64,000 nucleotides of DNA from positions 1,664,001 through 1,728,000 of the forward strand of contig CAWCAG010000005.1 of the NCBI GenBank assembly GCA_963793425.1. Reading direction: 5' to 3'. This document shows, in pieces, positions 29,589 to 40,574 of the stretch. The notes beneath the pieces were generated by a model. The model was not told the DNA's origin, ran no database searches, and worked only from the letters and a program-made list of their open reading frames with translations. Positions within the stretch are counted from its first letter, which is position 1; each line of letters opens with the position of its first letter. The stretch comes from an uncultured cyanobacterium (GTDB lineage: Bacteria; Cyanobacteriota; Cyanobacteriia; Cyanobacteriales; CAWCAG01). The position numbers and the translations under genes were made by a program.

Positions 29589-29792
29589 ATGGAATTTATT
29601 CGCGATGTGGTTAGACAGGCTTTGGAAACTGGTTATTTAACGGTGGAAGCGGAAGAAATCTTAAGACAATTATTGAGGAAAAAATATGGTCAGGAGGATT
29701 TTGAAGCCTTTATGACTTTGCAACAAGCAGCAATGTTGGGCAGAGTGAGGCAACAATCACGGGAGTTGATTTTTTCAGTATGTAAGGACTAA
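29589..29792 (+). CDS. Small conserved cyanobacterial hypothetical protein
   Basis: IRDVVRQALETGYLTVEAEE..LRQLL...DFEAFMTLQQAAMLGRVRQQSRE is a recognisable cyanobacterial family pattern. Confidence 0.75.
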   Translation: MEFIRDVVRQALETGYLTVEAEEILRQLLRKKYGQEDFEAFMTLQQAAMLGRVRQQSRELIFSVCKD

Positions 29793-30358
29793 ATCCAGTC
29801 TTCCTCATCCTCTTCATCTCTTCCTACTTCTCCATTTTTGATATTCGGCGGTTCAATAACGCGATAGTTAGCGTCATGAATTTTATCGACTTTAGGCGAG
29901 TTTACTTTGTCTTGAGGGGGAAAGTAAACAGAGTTGAAGGAACTATCCGGAGAGGAGTTTGGTTCAACCTTTTCCTCTTGTTCTTTCTTCGGTTCAGGTT
30001 GGCTATTGGTAGGGGGATGTGTAGTGATTGGAGGTGGTTCAACGGGGGGATAAGAAGTTGAAGTTGGGGTTGGGGTTGGTTCTCTTCTATAATTGTTATT
30101 TCGTGGAGGAGGGGGAACAAAAGTTTCCGTTTTCCGAGTATCTTTTGGTGTTCGCCTAGGATTATAGTTAATCAGTTGCAAAACAATTCCTGTTAAAGCA
30201 CCTGCTAGTAAAAAAAGCAATAGCCATAATCCCACGGGCAAAGTTAAAGTCTTACTGCCAAAAAATACTAAAGGCAAAGCCGGAGAGAAGTTTTGCAACA
30301 AAAAAATTGTCCCTCCCCCAAACACAACCAGCAGTACCAACATACGAATTAGAGCCAT
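29789..30358 (-). CDS. LapA-like membrane protein with Pro-rich C-terminus
   Basis: Two TM helices around QNFSPALPLVFFG; C-terminal DANYRVIEPP motif. Confidence 0.7.
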   Translation of the reverse strand: MALIRMLVLLVVFGGGTIFLLQNFSPALPLVFFGSKTLTLPVGLWLLLFLLAGALTGIVLQLINYNPRRTPKDTRKTETFVPPPPRNNNYRREPTPTPTSTSYPPVEPPPITTHPPTNSQPEPKKEQEEKVEPNSSPDSSFNSVYFPPQDKVNSPKVDKIHDANYRVIEPPNIKNGEVGRDEEDEEDWI

Positions 30359-30435
30359 CTTGTTCAACAAGTAATTAAGTAACAACGCGATGTGCAACTA
30401 GCAATTAGCAATTAGCAATTAGCCACTAGCAATTA

Positions 30436-31041
30436 TCAATCTTCCTTCCACCGATTAATAGGTACACAATCAATATCTAACTGATCTAAAGCTCTTGCTA
30501 CAACAAAATCTACCAAATCTTCAATAGTTTGGGGATTGTGATACCAAGCAGGAATAGCAGGAACAACTCTCACCCCAGTTTCTGCCAACTGAGTTAAGTT
30601 ACGCAGATGAATTAAGCTTAAAGGAGTTTCCCTCGGTACAACAATTAGTTTACCCCCTTCCTTAAGTTGAACATCAGCAGCCCTCTCTAACAAATCTGAA
30701 CTCAAACCAGCAGCAATTTTCGCCACTGTACTCATACTACAGGGGACAATTATCATCCCTAAAGTACGAAAAGAACCACTAGCAATATTTGCCCCGACAT
30801 CTGCCCAACGGTGGCAATTTAGCTTACCTTTGGATTGTACTCCAGCTTGCTGTCTCCAAAACTGTTCTTGTTGTTCTGGTTCCGGGGGCATACGGATATT
30901 TTGTTCCGCTTGCCAAACCATATAGCTAGCTTTAGAAGCAACTAGTTCAATATGATACTCTGCCTCTAAAAGAAATTTCAAAGCACGTACAGCATAAATT
31001 AAACCAGAAGCACCGGAAATTCCTAAAATTAAAGGTTTCAT
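30436..31041 (-). CDS. ubiX: Flavin prenyltransferase UbiX
   Basis: ILGISGASG, IASGSF, PCSMST, RAADVQLKE, VPRETP. Confidence 0.95.
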   Translation of the reverse strand: MKPLILGISGASGLIYAVRALKFLLEAEYHIELVASKASYMVWQAEQNIRMPPEPEQQEQFWRQQAGVQSKGKLNCHRWADVGANIASGSFRTLGMIIVPCSMSTVAKIAAGLSSDLLERAADVQLKEGGKLIVVPRETPLSLIHLRNLTQLAETGVRVVPAIPAWYHNPQTIEDLVDFVVARALDQLDIDCVPINRWKED

Positions 31042-31320
31042 GTTTTGAGGAGATAGGGAGATAAAGTTTTGTTTTATCAGGAGGGAAAAAGCACGACTAC
31101 AAAGCACTTTTCTTCATCTTATCTTTAAAAAACTCCCTTTTTTAATGAAACTTCTATGAAGATGGGAAAAACAACTACTTTTAGTTAGATTTCTCTGTTT
31201 AACTAGAAATACGACAACTGAGATTGCGATTTCTGCATTGAGAAAAATCACCTTACAGTTAGCGCGATCGTATCACCTCCTCTGCTATCAATTTTTGTTT
31301 TTCGGAGAACTTAAAGGAAA

Positions 31321-31899
31321 ATGGTCAAGAATTTATTCGCTCAATTTGCTACAGTAACTGCTAGTCTTGCTTTGAGTTTAGGAGTAATGGAAGTTAATTC
31401 AGCAAAAGCTGCTACCTTTACTGAAGTAGGAGATGCAGGTTCTACAATTTCAACGGCTCAGGATGTAGGAGATGGCATTGATAAGATTGAAGGCTCCCTA
31501 GATACGGTAAGCGGAATTCCTGACATGGACGTATTTAAACTAACTTACAGTACAGACATCATCTTTTCTGCATTTAACTTAGAGCCTTTTAGCATTCAAT
31601 TTGCAGACATTTTTCTTTTGAATGATAGCGGCACCGAAGTATTTTCTTGTCTAGACTGCTTTTTTAGCGATGGCGATGATGGGACGGAAATTTTTGGTGG
31701 TTTCCTAGCAGCAGGGGAATACTTCTTAAAAGTTTCAGATCGTTTTAGCTCCCAGTTTGGTTCTTATAGCGTAGAAGTTACTACTACTACAGTTCCCGAA
31801 CCAGCTTCTATGCTAGGTTTGCTTGCTATTGGCGCGATGGGTGTAGGTTCAACCCTCCAAAGAAAAAAAAAGGGGATGCTTAGAATCTCGACTTGCTGA
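31321..31899 (+). CDS. PEP-CTERM surface protein
   Basis: Signal peptide ending AKA-ATFTEVGDAG; C-terminal VPEPASMLGLLAIGAMG...RKKK. Confidence 0.88.
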   Translation: MVKNLFAQFATVTASLALSLGVMEVNSAKAATFTEVGDAGSTISTAQDVGDGIDKIEGSLDTVSGIPDMDVFKLTYSTDIIFSAFNLEPFSIQFADIFLLNDSGTEVFSCLDCFFSDGDDGTEIFGGFLAAGEYFLKVSDRFSSQFGSYSVEVTTTTVPEPASMLGLLAIGAMGVGSTLQRKKKGMLRISTC

Positions 31900-32162
31900 A
31901 GAAGCGAAATGAAACTAACTGAAGGGATTTTATTAGCCAGGGAGCTAGGGAAGTAATCAATAATAGACTCTTCCCTTTCAAGAAACACTGATATGAAACT
32001 CGTATAAAATCGTAGGTAGTCTCAAGAAGTGTTTCTTTCTTACTTGGCAAAAGTAATAACATACAAGTCAAACTTATTACTTATTACTTATTACTTATTA
32101 CTTTTGACCCGGCGCTGTTCCCTGTTCCCCTTTACCCCTCTTGCCTTGCCATTAGCAACTAG

Positions 32163-34427
32163 CTAATCTTCCAAATCTTCATTACTTGCTTCACTACCAC
32201 CACTAACAGTAACTAAATCAATTTGCTGGCGGTAGTAATCGACGCTTTTCACTTGTACCTCAACCCTATCTCCTAAGCGATAGGCAGTGCGGTTTTTGCG
32301 CCCTACTAAACAAGAATGACGAGAACGATACTCGTACCAATCATCTTTGAGGGAACTGACGTGAACTAATCCTTCCACAAGTAAGTCTTCAATCTCCACA
32401 AAGAAACCATAGGATTGAACTCCAGTGATTAAACCTTGGAAAACTTGACCTGTACGCTCTTTCATTTGTTCAGCTTTCTTCAACCCTTCCAAGTCCTTTT
32501 CTGCGTCTTGAGCGAGCTTCTCCCGCTCATTGAGGTGAGGTATGATGGAACTTAGGGTTTCTTCCCAAGTGGTTTGAGTTTGTGCCGGAAGAACATTCCA
32601 GTTAATTTGGTCATGGCTATTGCTGCTACCTAAATTAACACCTTCTTTAGAGCGAGTAGAACGGCGATCGCGCCCTTCCTCAAACAGGGTATTTAATAAA
32701 CGTTGTATTAACAAGTCTGCATAACGTTTGCCAGGAGAAATGCAGCGAGTATAACCCCCTTCATAGGTTAAGCCGAAGTGAAAAGCTGGTTTGGTGCTAT
32801 AAGCTAGAGGTTTTAAGGTTGACTGCAATAGGTAATTGAGGATTTTCCGAGCAGAAGAAGTAGCAAACTGCTGGGTAAAACGTTGATAATCTTGGGGATG
32901 AATTTCTTCTTCATCTTCGACATATAAATCCAAGCCTAAGTTGCTACCTAATTTAATTAAGTCTTCCAGTTGCTCTAAGTCTGGTTCGGTTTGATAGCAG
33001 TAAATTGAAGGCAGTTCTAAAGCTTGCAAATGTTGTGCGATCGCTCGGTTAGCCAATACTACTAATTCCGTGAGTAAGGAGCGAATGGGCAAAGAAGAGG
33101 AAACCGCCACGGCTCCCATTCTACCTTCATCTTTGTAAGGTAAAGTATTGTCTTGAGCTTCAATTTCAAAAGCGCCTCTTTGTTGTCTTCTGGCTTTAAC
33201 CACAGGACTCAAGCTGTAGAAGAGTTGTTTAAGCAAATCTTCTACAGGTTTCATTTCTTCATCAACTTCTTCTTGCCCTCCTAAAAGAGACTGCACTTCT
33301 TGGTAGCTGAGTTGATAGTCTACTTTTACTACTGTCTGTTGAATATCAAACTCAACTACTTTCCCTGTTTCATCAATGGTTAAAAATATAGATATGGCAA
33401 GGCGCTCTGAACCTGGGGATAGGGAACAACGACGAATAGCTGTATCAGGAAATAAGGGCAGTACCAAATCTGCTAAATAGATATCTGTACCTCGTTTTTT
33501 CGCCTCTAAATCTAAAGGAGAGCCTTCTTCAATGAAGTAAGCCATATCGGTGATATGAATGCCTAAATACCAATGCCCTGCTTCAGTTTTTTCTAGGGTA
33601 AAGGTGTTTTCTACCAAAGGCTTTTTCTGACGACTGCTGGAGGTGTCTGACTCGGCTTCAATGGAGAGAGTTAGTAACTTTCTTAAATCTTCTCTATCTT
33701 TGCGATGTTGTTGCCGTAGTTGTTTGGGTAATTCTTCTGCGGCTTCGAGTACTTTGTCTGGGAAGCTTTGGGGCAAGTCGTGTTTGCAACAAACTATATC
33801 TGTATCCGCAGCTTCTTCTGCATCGCTACCGAGAATTTTGGTGACTTGACCGACGGGTAAGTTAGAACCTAAAGGGTAACGCTGAACTTCGACATGAACT
33901 AAATGTTCCACCGCTTGATCTAAAAATTCTTCTTCTCCTTTGAGGTTAAGTTCAAATAACAAGCGATCATCTAAAGGTACGGCTCGATAACCCCGTTCGG
34001 TTTTTTTCACCGTTGCTAATAAAGAGGGGTTGGAACGGTCTAAAATCAGCTTGACTTCTCCTTCTGGAGAACGGCGGCGACTACCTTCTTTGATGATTTT
34101 AACTAAAACGCGATCGCTGTTCCAAGCGTTGGAAAGATGACTTTCTCTGATGTATACATCTTCAGATGTTTCTTGATCTTGAATAGCAAAGCAAAATCCT
34201 TTACTCGAACAGCGTAGTTTGGCTTCTACAATATCGTCTTCTTCGAGACGGCGATATTTACCACGCTCTTTAACAAGAACACCAATTCTTTCTAGGGCAT
34301 CTAAAACAATATCAAGTTTTTCTGTACTTTCAGCATCTTCGCAATCTAGCTTTTTCTCGATTGCTTTGCGGGCTACTAATTTATCGTCGCTGAATTGAGA
34401 TAGTAGTGTAGCGATTGAAAATTCCAT
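32163..34427 (-). CDS. rnr: Ribonuclease R family protein (cyanobacterial type)
   Basis: CSSKGFCFAI cold-shock domain, RNB domain, S1 domain ITGVQSYGFFVEI. Confidence 0.9.
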   Translation of the reverse strand: MEFSIATLLSQFSDDKLVARKAIEKKLDCEDAESTEKLDIVLDALERIGVLVKERGKYRRLEEDDIVEAKLRCSSKGFCFAIQDQETSEDVYIRESHLSNAWNSDRVLVKIIKEGSRRRSPEGEVKLILDRSNPSLLATVKKTERGYRAVPLDDRLLFELNLKGEEEFLDQAVEHLVHVEVQRYPLGSNLPVGQVTKILGSDAEEAADTDIVCCKHDLPQSFPDKVLEAAEELPKQLRQQHRKDREDLRKLLTLSIEAESDTSSSRQKKPLVENTFTLEKTEAGHWYLGIHITDMAYFIEEGSPLDLEAKKRGTDIYLADLVLPLFPDTAIRRCSLSPGSERLAISIFLTIDETGKVVEFDIQQTVVKVDYQLSYQEVQSLLGGQEEVDEEMKPVEDLLKQLFYSLSPVVKARRQQRGAFEIEAQDNTLPYKDEGRMGAVAVSSSLPIRSLLTELVVLANRAIAQHLQALELPSIYCYQTEPDLEQLEDLIKLGSNLGLDLYVEDEEEIHPQDYQRFTQQFATSSARKILNYLLQSTLKPLAYSTKPAFHFGLTYEGGYTRCISPGKRYADLLIQRLLNTLFEEGRDRRSTRSKEGVNLGSSNSHDQINWNVLPAQTQTTWEETLSSIIPHLNEREKLAQDAEKDLEGLKKAEQMKERTGQVFQGLITGVQSYGFFVEIEDLLVEGLVHVSSLKDDWYEYRSRHSCLVGRKNRTAYRLGDRVEVQVKSVDYYRQQIDLVTVSGGSEASNEDLED

Positions 34428-35011
34428 TTAGAACAGTCCTTAAATCTTATGGAGCGTTGTGTCAGTTTGTTCTTGCTATAACTTTGCAGGGCAAATAGCA
34501 AGAACGAATGTTTTTAGTTACGAAGAAGACAGAAAATCTGAGTTTAGGGGATAAAGAATTCAAGAACATTGATGAATTATCAAGTTCAAAAGTCATCATT
34601 TCTTGATACTTCCTCTTCTTAACCCCAAACCGGGATTTTTGCTTGTCTCTGCGACGATTGTGTTGCTGAACTCTCTGTATGTAGAGAAATGTAGATGCAA
34701 GATTGGTCAAACCCATTGGAAAGATTGCAGAGTGAATTTTTTGCTCTCGTTGACATCAGTTAGGGAGATTGTCTCACTAGAAACAATTGAGGCTAACTTA
34801 ACACTTTACTTTCTGAAGTGATGGGTTAGCTGGTCTTTTGTCTAGACTAAAGATAACAGATGCGCTGCTTTCTTTGTTTTGTTCAAGCTACTTCGTACTA
34901 AATCGAGTAGATGAGTATTAACTCACAAAGCAGAGGGTTATTTTGAGACAGTCTTTAATTATTCTAGTTTCTCGTTGTCAAATAGCAAATTATTTTTCAT
35001 GGTTCTAGTAA

Positions 35012-38000
35012 TTATTGCCATTCTTCAAAGCGAGTTGACCAGTTTTGCCAAAGGGAAAAGGCTTGTTCTCTGCGTTGCTCAAAGTTAGCAGCAACAGCAA
35101 TTAAAATTATTCCTACGATGATGCCGAAGATCCATTTTAAGAAGGAGTAGGTAAGAGCTAAGATGATTAGTTGGTAGGAAACGGTGATGAGGAAGGTGAT
35201 TGTACCAACCCAGAGGAAAGCCCTGATTTTTAAACCTAAACCTAATAAAGTTACTGTTAAACCCATGATTCCCGGTATGAGTCCGGTTTCTTGATGAAAA
35301 ACGACTGCGACTACGGCAATGAGACTTGTACCAATGAGACGTAGGTGATGGCGTTGGGTTTTTTGGCGATTGAATTGAGCAATATATAAAATTGATAAAC
35401 CAATAACTGTTGCATACCAAAGAGGGTCATTAAGTTGCTGGGTGGTTAACCAACGGGCAATTCCCCAATCAACTAAAATTAGGCTAAGGTAAGTCCAGCT
35501 CAAATTCTGTTGGCGCTTCGCGATCCAACCATAAAAAGCGGCAGCACAAAGTAAGCTACCATAGGATACCTGGAGAAGGTTGGGAATGATGGTTAATAAT
35601 GGTAGAGCGAAGGCAGAATGTAACCAAGGTTGAGTAGGCCATCCCCAGCTTCCCCAAGGTAGCTCATAAAGTAAGGCCGCCACAAGGCAAGCGATGAAGA
35701 CCATCCAGTTATCGAAGATATGAAGTTGCGGCCACAAGACGCGAATAGATAATGCCGTAGCCCCAAGTTCTATTAAACCGCCATAAACCCATGTTTTGGC
35801 TATGTTGCTAGCATTTCTACCTTGTTCTAAAGCATAACCAACCAGACTTAAACTAACACCAACCGCAGCTATTTTGAGATTTGGTGGGGAATTTACGCTG
35901 TAGCTTGCGCCGATAACCATTAAAAAAGTGCCAATAAACCAATGAATGTTGGCGGTGGTTTGAATTTCTTTGACTTCTAAGTTGAAAATATGGGGTTTAT
36001 TTTGTCCCCACCAAGCCAAGAAACGATAACAAAAGGCAATTACCACTGCTACTATGGCTAAGATTGTATAACCGTCTGCGGGGTTTCCTGCTGGTGCTTG
36101 GGAGAGTTGATAAATAACTAATTCGTACCAAGCCAGGGAAATACCAGCTAAGGAAAGGTAAGCAATATATTTCCAACCCTGGCGACGATGGGATACTCCT
36201 ATACCCGTTAAGGCTGCCCCAAGGGTGAGGAAGCCAGTATAGGCGTTGAAGTAGGGTAAGCGTAAGCAAGTACCAATGAGGGCATAGATTAAGGGGGAAG
36301 CAGCGACTGGGAGACTGGGAGAAGATTTTGAGAGGGGGGCTGTGGCAGCTAGGGTGAGTGGGGCGAGGATGATGTTGGCAATGGCTAGGTGTAATGCCGA
36401 ACCATTATTGAGGAGGATGATTTCTGCCATCAATATTTCTACTGCCCAGATGAGACTATAAATGTTAATATCTTTGGCTTGTTGCCAGTAACGCCCGGTG
36501 ATGGCGATCAACATTAAGGCTGCTACAGTGGGATATTGCCAACGGGGTGTGGAGATGGGGGCATAAATAGTTAAGCTATGCACAGTTAAGAGGCTCAAAT
36601 TTAAACCCCAAAGGAAAATTCCCCAACTATCAGCAGCTTTGGCATAGATAGCCGCTAGGTTTCCTTGACGCTGCTGGAGAAAACCCTGCCCTAACCAGAA
36701 AATAATGGTGGCGATCCCACTAGCAAGCAACCAAGTAGGGGGAGATGTAGTGAATTGCCAGAGTATAGTAGCAATGAAGGTGAGGATGAAGCCGAGATGA
36801 ATTATGACAGCGAGGAAAGAACTTAAGTAGCGAGCATTTAAGTACATTAACCCCACAGCAAAGCCTAAGCTAATAATTCTCGTTTCCGGTTGCCAGAAGG
36901 TGAGCAATTGTACCAAAATCAAACTAGCAACACTAAACGAAGCTGCTTGGGTTTGTCGAGGTGGTTGAGTGGTATCAGCGATGAAGGTTAAGGTGAGGGG
37001 AGTGAGCAACCAGATGAGTTGCCAGCGTTGATTAATTTCTAGGGGTAAGGTTGAGGTTAAGAGGATATAGCTGATGCTGGCGAGTAAGAAACCAAAATAC
37101 CAAGCACTTTGCTGATAAATAGAGGCATTGCGGGTTGAGAAAATCCATTCTCCTACCATTAATAACAAGAGAATTAATGCCCAATGTTGTTCGGGAAGGT
37201 TGGGGAAGAAGCTATCAAGGCTAGAAGCTAAAGCTAGCAAGCCGATGAGGTGGGTAAAACAAACTAGATAAGCATTAAGAGTTTGGCGACGTTGGGTAAC
37301 AAAAGCCAGGGTGAAAGTAGAAAGAAGTAAGTTTAGCGATCGCAAATAGGGATTTAAGCAACTAATTAGGGTTAAGGCAATACCTAAAAGTAAGCTTAAA
37401 AAATTGCCAAACCTGGCTACATTGAGTTTGTCTCGGTGATACAACCAATCGCTGAAAGTAGTGAAGAGTATTAGGTAAGGAAACAAGCTGATACTAAGTA
37501 AGGCTTCCGGTGAGGTTTGCAAGGCAGTAAGTTGTAGCAAAGGAGTCACTATGGTTGCTTGCCACAAAGGGGGAACTAATTCCCAAATAAGCAATAATGA
37601 CTGCAAACCAAGAATAAATAAGACTCCTAAGTCTCTACGTTGCCAATAAAGCTGTAAGCGACGACTGAAAAACCAGATACTTAAACCACTTACCAACAAT
37701 GCTTGCCAATATGAAGTTTGTTCAACAGCAACAGACCAACTGAAGAAGAGAAGAATCACCCCTATAACTTGCCAAATCTGCTTTTGGGTGGTGTCAGCCT
37801 GTAAGCCTTCCGTTGCTAACAACCAACCGCAAATTCCCACCGCCAAACCTAAAGTTTCTAGGGGTAACTGTTCAATGAAAATTGCTCTAGCGAGGATAAC
37901 CCCTAAAGCGTAAACTAGTAAGGGGGGAGTGATTGAAGAACGTTGCCAGCGGAAAATAATTGTTGTACCAATGGTTGCCAAATACACCGCTGCCAGGGAA

Positions 38001-38713
38001 AATGTCGGAACTTGCCAACCCCAATGCAACAAACTTAAGCTAAGAAAAGCGACACTTTGCAACTTGCTTGAAGTGTCATGTTGCCAAGCAATACCAACTA
38101 AACCAACAACGGCGATTCCCACTGTGATTAATCCGATGGTATTTTGCCACAAACCAAAACTATCCATAGCCCAAAAGTTGAGGGGAATCAACAGTAAGGC
38201 AATACTTGCTAAAGTTTGGGCAGTTAGTTGTAAATTATCTTGCTGCTTAGCCCAAAAACCCACTATCCAGAAAACGAGAGTGTAGGTAAATAAAACCCCG
38301 TATTGACCCACAGAAGGGAATCTTGACCACTGAGTTGCAGCCAGCACTCCGGAGGACATGACTACTAAAAATACCCCTAAAAAGAGCAACCAACGAACGC
38401 TCAACTCATCTTTAAAAGACTGTCCTAATCTTGAAAAAAAAGGTATCCCAGGCACTCTTGATAATTGTGGTTCTCTCACTCTCCTGGGTTCTGGGGGCGA
38501 AGCAAATTCTGCGACTGCAACAGGTTCAGGTTGAGAAACCGTTACATTACTAGGAGTAGGAAGGCGACAACTGAGATACTCTCTGGCAATTTTATTTACC
38601 TGCAACTCACTAATCAAACCTAAATTCAACCAAACATCCAAACCTTGCAATAACTCTGGTTGAGATGCACCCACAGTTACGGAGATTCTTAAGGAACGGG
38701 AGTTATTGTTCAT
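35012..38713 (-). CDS. Large polytopic membrane protein (DUF2157-like)
   Basis: LLQGLDVWLNLGLISE, ELSVRWLLFLGVFLVVMSSGVLAA; dozens of TM helices; C-terminal AANFEQRRE. Confidence 0.75.
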   Translation of the reverse strand: MNNNSRSLRISVTVGASQPELLQGLDVWLNLGLISELQVNKIAREYLSCRLPTPSNVTVSQPEPVAVAEFASPPEPRRVREPQLSRVPGIPFFSRLGQSFKDELSVRWLLFLGVFLVVMSSGVLAATQWSRFPSVGQYGVLFTYTLVFWIVGFWAKQQDNLQLTAQTLASIALLLIPLNFWAMDSFGLWQNTIGLITVGIAVVGLVGIAWQHDTSSKLQSVAFLSLSLLHWGWQVPTFSLAAVYLATIGTTIIFRWQRSSITPPLLVYALGVILARAIFIEQLPLETLGLAVGICGWLLATEGLQADTTQKQIWQVIGVILLFFSWSVAVEQTSYWQALLVSGLSIWFFSRRLQLYWQRRDLGVLFILGLQSLLLIWELVPPLWQATIVTPLLQLTALQTSPEALLSISLFPYLILFTTFSDWLYHRDKLNVARFGNFLSLLLGIALTLISCLNPYLRSLNLLLSTFTLAFVTQRRQTLNAYLVCFTHLIGLLALASSLDSFFPNLPEQHWALILLLLMVGEWIFSTRNASIYQQSAWYFGFLLASISYILLTSTLPLEINQRWQLIWLLTPLTLTFIADTTQPPRQTQAASFSVASLILVQLLTFWQPETRIISLGFAVGLMYLNARYLSSFLAVIIHLGFILTFIATILWQFTTSPPTWLLASGIATIIFWLGQGFLQQRQGNLAAIYAKAADSWGIFLWGLNLSLLTVHSLTIYAPISTPRWQYPTVAALMLIAITGRYWQQAKDINIYSLIWAVEILMAEIILLNNGSALHLAIANIILAPLTLAATAPLSKSSPSLPVAASPLIYALIGTCLRLPYFNAYTGFLTLGAALTGIGVSHRRQGWKYIAYLSLAGISLAWYELVIYQLSQAPAGNPADGYTILAIVAVVIAFCYRFLAWWGQNKPHIFNLEVKEIQTTANIHWFIGTFLMVIGASYSVNSPPNLKIAAVGVSLSLVGYALEQGRNASNIAKTWVYGGLIELGATALSIRVLWPQLHIFDNWMVFIACLVAALLYELPWGSWGWPTQPWLHSAFALPLLTIIPNLLQVSYGSLLCAAAFYGWIAKRQQNLSWTYLSLILVDWGIARWLTTQQLNDPLWYATVIGLSILYIAQFNRQKTQRHHLRLIGTSLIAVVAVVFHQETGLIPGIMGLTVTLLGLGLKIRAFLWVGTITFLITVSYQLIILALTYSFLKWIFGIIVGIILIAVAANFEQRREQAFSLWQNWSTRFEEWQ

Positions 38714-38925
38714 TGGTTGCTGGTCATTAGTTATTGATCATCGGTATGATCCTCAAGTTCAAGATAAAGTAGATAGGGTTAACTAAAAACTTTTACTGTG
38801 ACAATTTATCTCCTGGAAAAAAATCTTAAATATTTCAGAATGTCCAGATTTCCAGAGGTAACATAAGCCCTGGCATCTTGCCGTTAAAATAGACATAACT
38901 GTTTTCCTCTCTCACTTCACCAATC

Positions 38926-39612
38926 ATGTCTCTTGCGAAAGAATTAACACCTAGCCAAAATAGTTCCCAAGGGGGCAGTTGTAACGCACACCAACCAGAT
39001 GTTATCTTTCCCCCTGGTGACTTATACAGCAACGAACCCCCCTTGGAAACAGAACTGCATCTACGACAAATAATTCTCTTGTTACAAAGTTTAGAATGGT
39101 TGTGGCGAGATAGAAATGATTTCTATAGCGCAGGTAATCTCACCATTTACTATAGTCCCAACCAGCTTAAGTCAGAAGATTTTCGAGGGCCTGACTTTTT
39201 TGTTGTCTTAGACACAGAAAGGAAAACAAGAAAAAGCTGGGTAGTCTGGGAAGAAAATGGTCAATATCCCCATGTAATCATTGAAATTCTTTCTTCAACC
39301 ACAGCCAATACAGATAAAGGGTTCAAAAAACAACTTTACCAAGATACTTTTCGTACCCATGACTACTTCTGGTTTGACCCCTATAACCTGGAATTTGCAG
39401 GGTTTCATTTACTAGATGGAAAATATCAACCCTTAGAAGCAAACCCTCAAGGACATTTGTGGAGTCAGCAATTAGGTTTGTATTTAGGAGTTCACCAAAA
39501 TCAGTTACGTTTTTTCACTTTCCAAGGAGAGCTAGTTTCAACACCAGAAGAAACAGCAGAACGATTCGCTGCTAAGCTAAGGGAATTAGATATCGATCCT
39601 GATACAATTTAA
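38926..39612 (+). CDS. Uma2 family endonuclease
   Basis: NEPPLETELHL, FRGPDFFVV, IIEILSSTTA..DK..KK..YQ. Confidence 0.93.
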   Translation: MSLAKELTPSQNSSQGGSCNAHQPDVIFPPGDLYSNEPPLETELHLRQIILLLQSLEWLWRDRNDFYSAGNLTIYYSPNQLKSEDFRGPDFFVVLDTERKTRKSWVVWEENGQYPHVIIEILSSTTANTDKGFKKQLYQDTFRTHDYFWFDPYNLEFAGFHLLDGKYQPLEANPQGHLWSQQLGLYLGVHQNQLRFFTFQGELVSTPEETAERFAAKLRELDIDPDTI

Positions 39613-39703
39613 AAGAGGCGCGATCGCAGCTCAAGAAATTAATAGGGAAGGACTTTGCTAAACTATAGCTTTGCAACCTAACTAGATTAATCAACCTATG
39701 AGA

Positions 39704-39931
39704 ATGCTCAAACGCAACTCTTTCAATTCACCTCAAATTATGCACCGAGCAGAGGAATTGATGAATGCAGCTTCTAACCGTTACAAAATTACTGTTCAAG
39801 TAGCTAATCGTGCTAAACGTCGCCGTTATGAAGATTTTGAGAATCTTGATGATCCGATGATGAAACCAGTGATTAGAGCCATCATTGAAATGTCTGATGA
39901 ATTGACTCAACCGGAAATTATTGGCGACTAG
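39704..39931 (+). CDS. rpoZ: RNA polymerase omega subunit
   Basis: [27 protein letters not shown]...[14 protein letters not shown]. Confidence 0.95.
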   Translation: MLKRNSFNSPQIMHRAEELMNAASNRYKITVQVANRAKRRRYEDFENLDDPMMKPVIRAIIEMSDELTQPEIIGD

Positions 39932-39998
39932 GTGACACCGGAGACGGGGAGATGGGGAGATTTTTTATCCTTATTAACTATTTTCTTTAGCAAAAACT

Positions 39999-40574
39999 AT
40001 GGTTAGAAAGCCTCGATTTTTGAGAAATATTGCGGTAGCAACTGGTCTTATCTTCTTTTTGGGAGGAGTAAAAATTGGTGAAATAGGTACAATAGAACCT
40101 GCGATCGCTCAATTTATCTCTCCCCAAGAAGTTGCTCCTTTTGTCTACGAACAGTTAACTGAGTTTCCTTTAGAAAATCAATATATTAGCCTGGAAACAG
40201 GAGAGATTGCGGCTAATCATACCCTGATTCGTCGCCTGCTTAGTTATCACCTCTACATAAAAAACCGCTTGCCCGATTCCCGTTTAGATTGGAAGCTAAC
40301 CATAGCTGACTATTTAGGGGTTCACGATAAAATTGATGAGTCTCGCTATCCTGGCCACAATAGTTTAAGTATTAATCCTTTTGCTCAAGATTTAGCAATC
40401 ATTGACAATTTAGATAGGCAGCAAAGAGAGCAACTAATTAGCGCACTCATTGCTACTTTTACCCCCAAACAAGAGACAGAAACTCCAACTCCTACCTCAC
40501 AACCAACACCAACTTCGACACCTTCTCAAAATCCATCTCTACCTCAACGAGGGAATGCTGACTTACTTAAATAA
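39999..40574 (+). CDS. Conserved cyanobacterial exported hypothetical protein
   Basis: Signal-like N-terminus; FPLENQYIS, RLDWKLTIADYLG. Confidence 0.75.
   Translation: MVRKPRFLRNIAVATGLIFFLGGVKIGEIGTIEPAIAQFISPQEVAPFVYEQLTEFPLENQYISLETGEIAANHTLIRRLLSYHLYIKNRLPDSRLDWKLTIADYLGVHDKIDESRYPGHNSLSINPFAQDLAIIDNLDRQQREQLISALIATFTPKQETETPTPTSQPTPTSTPSQNPSLPQRGNADLLK

Noticed and set aside
31145..32010. Direct repeats ATGAAACTTCTATGAA and ATGAAACTCGTATAAA flanking the PEP-CTERM gene
   Set aside because: Short, AT-rich and imperfect; cannot be distinguished from chance.
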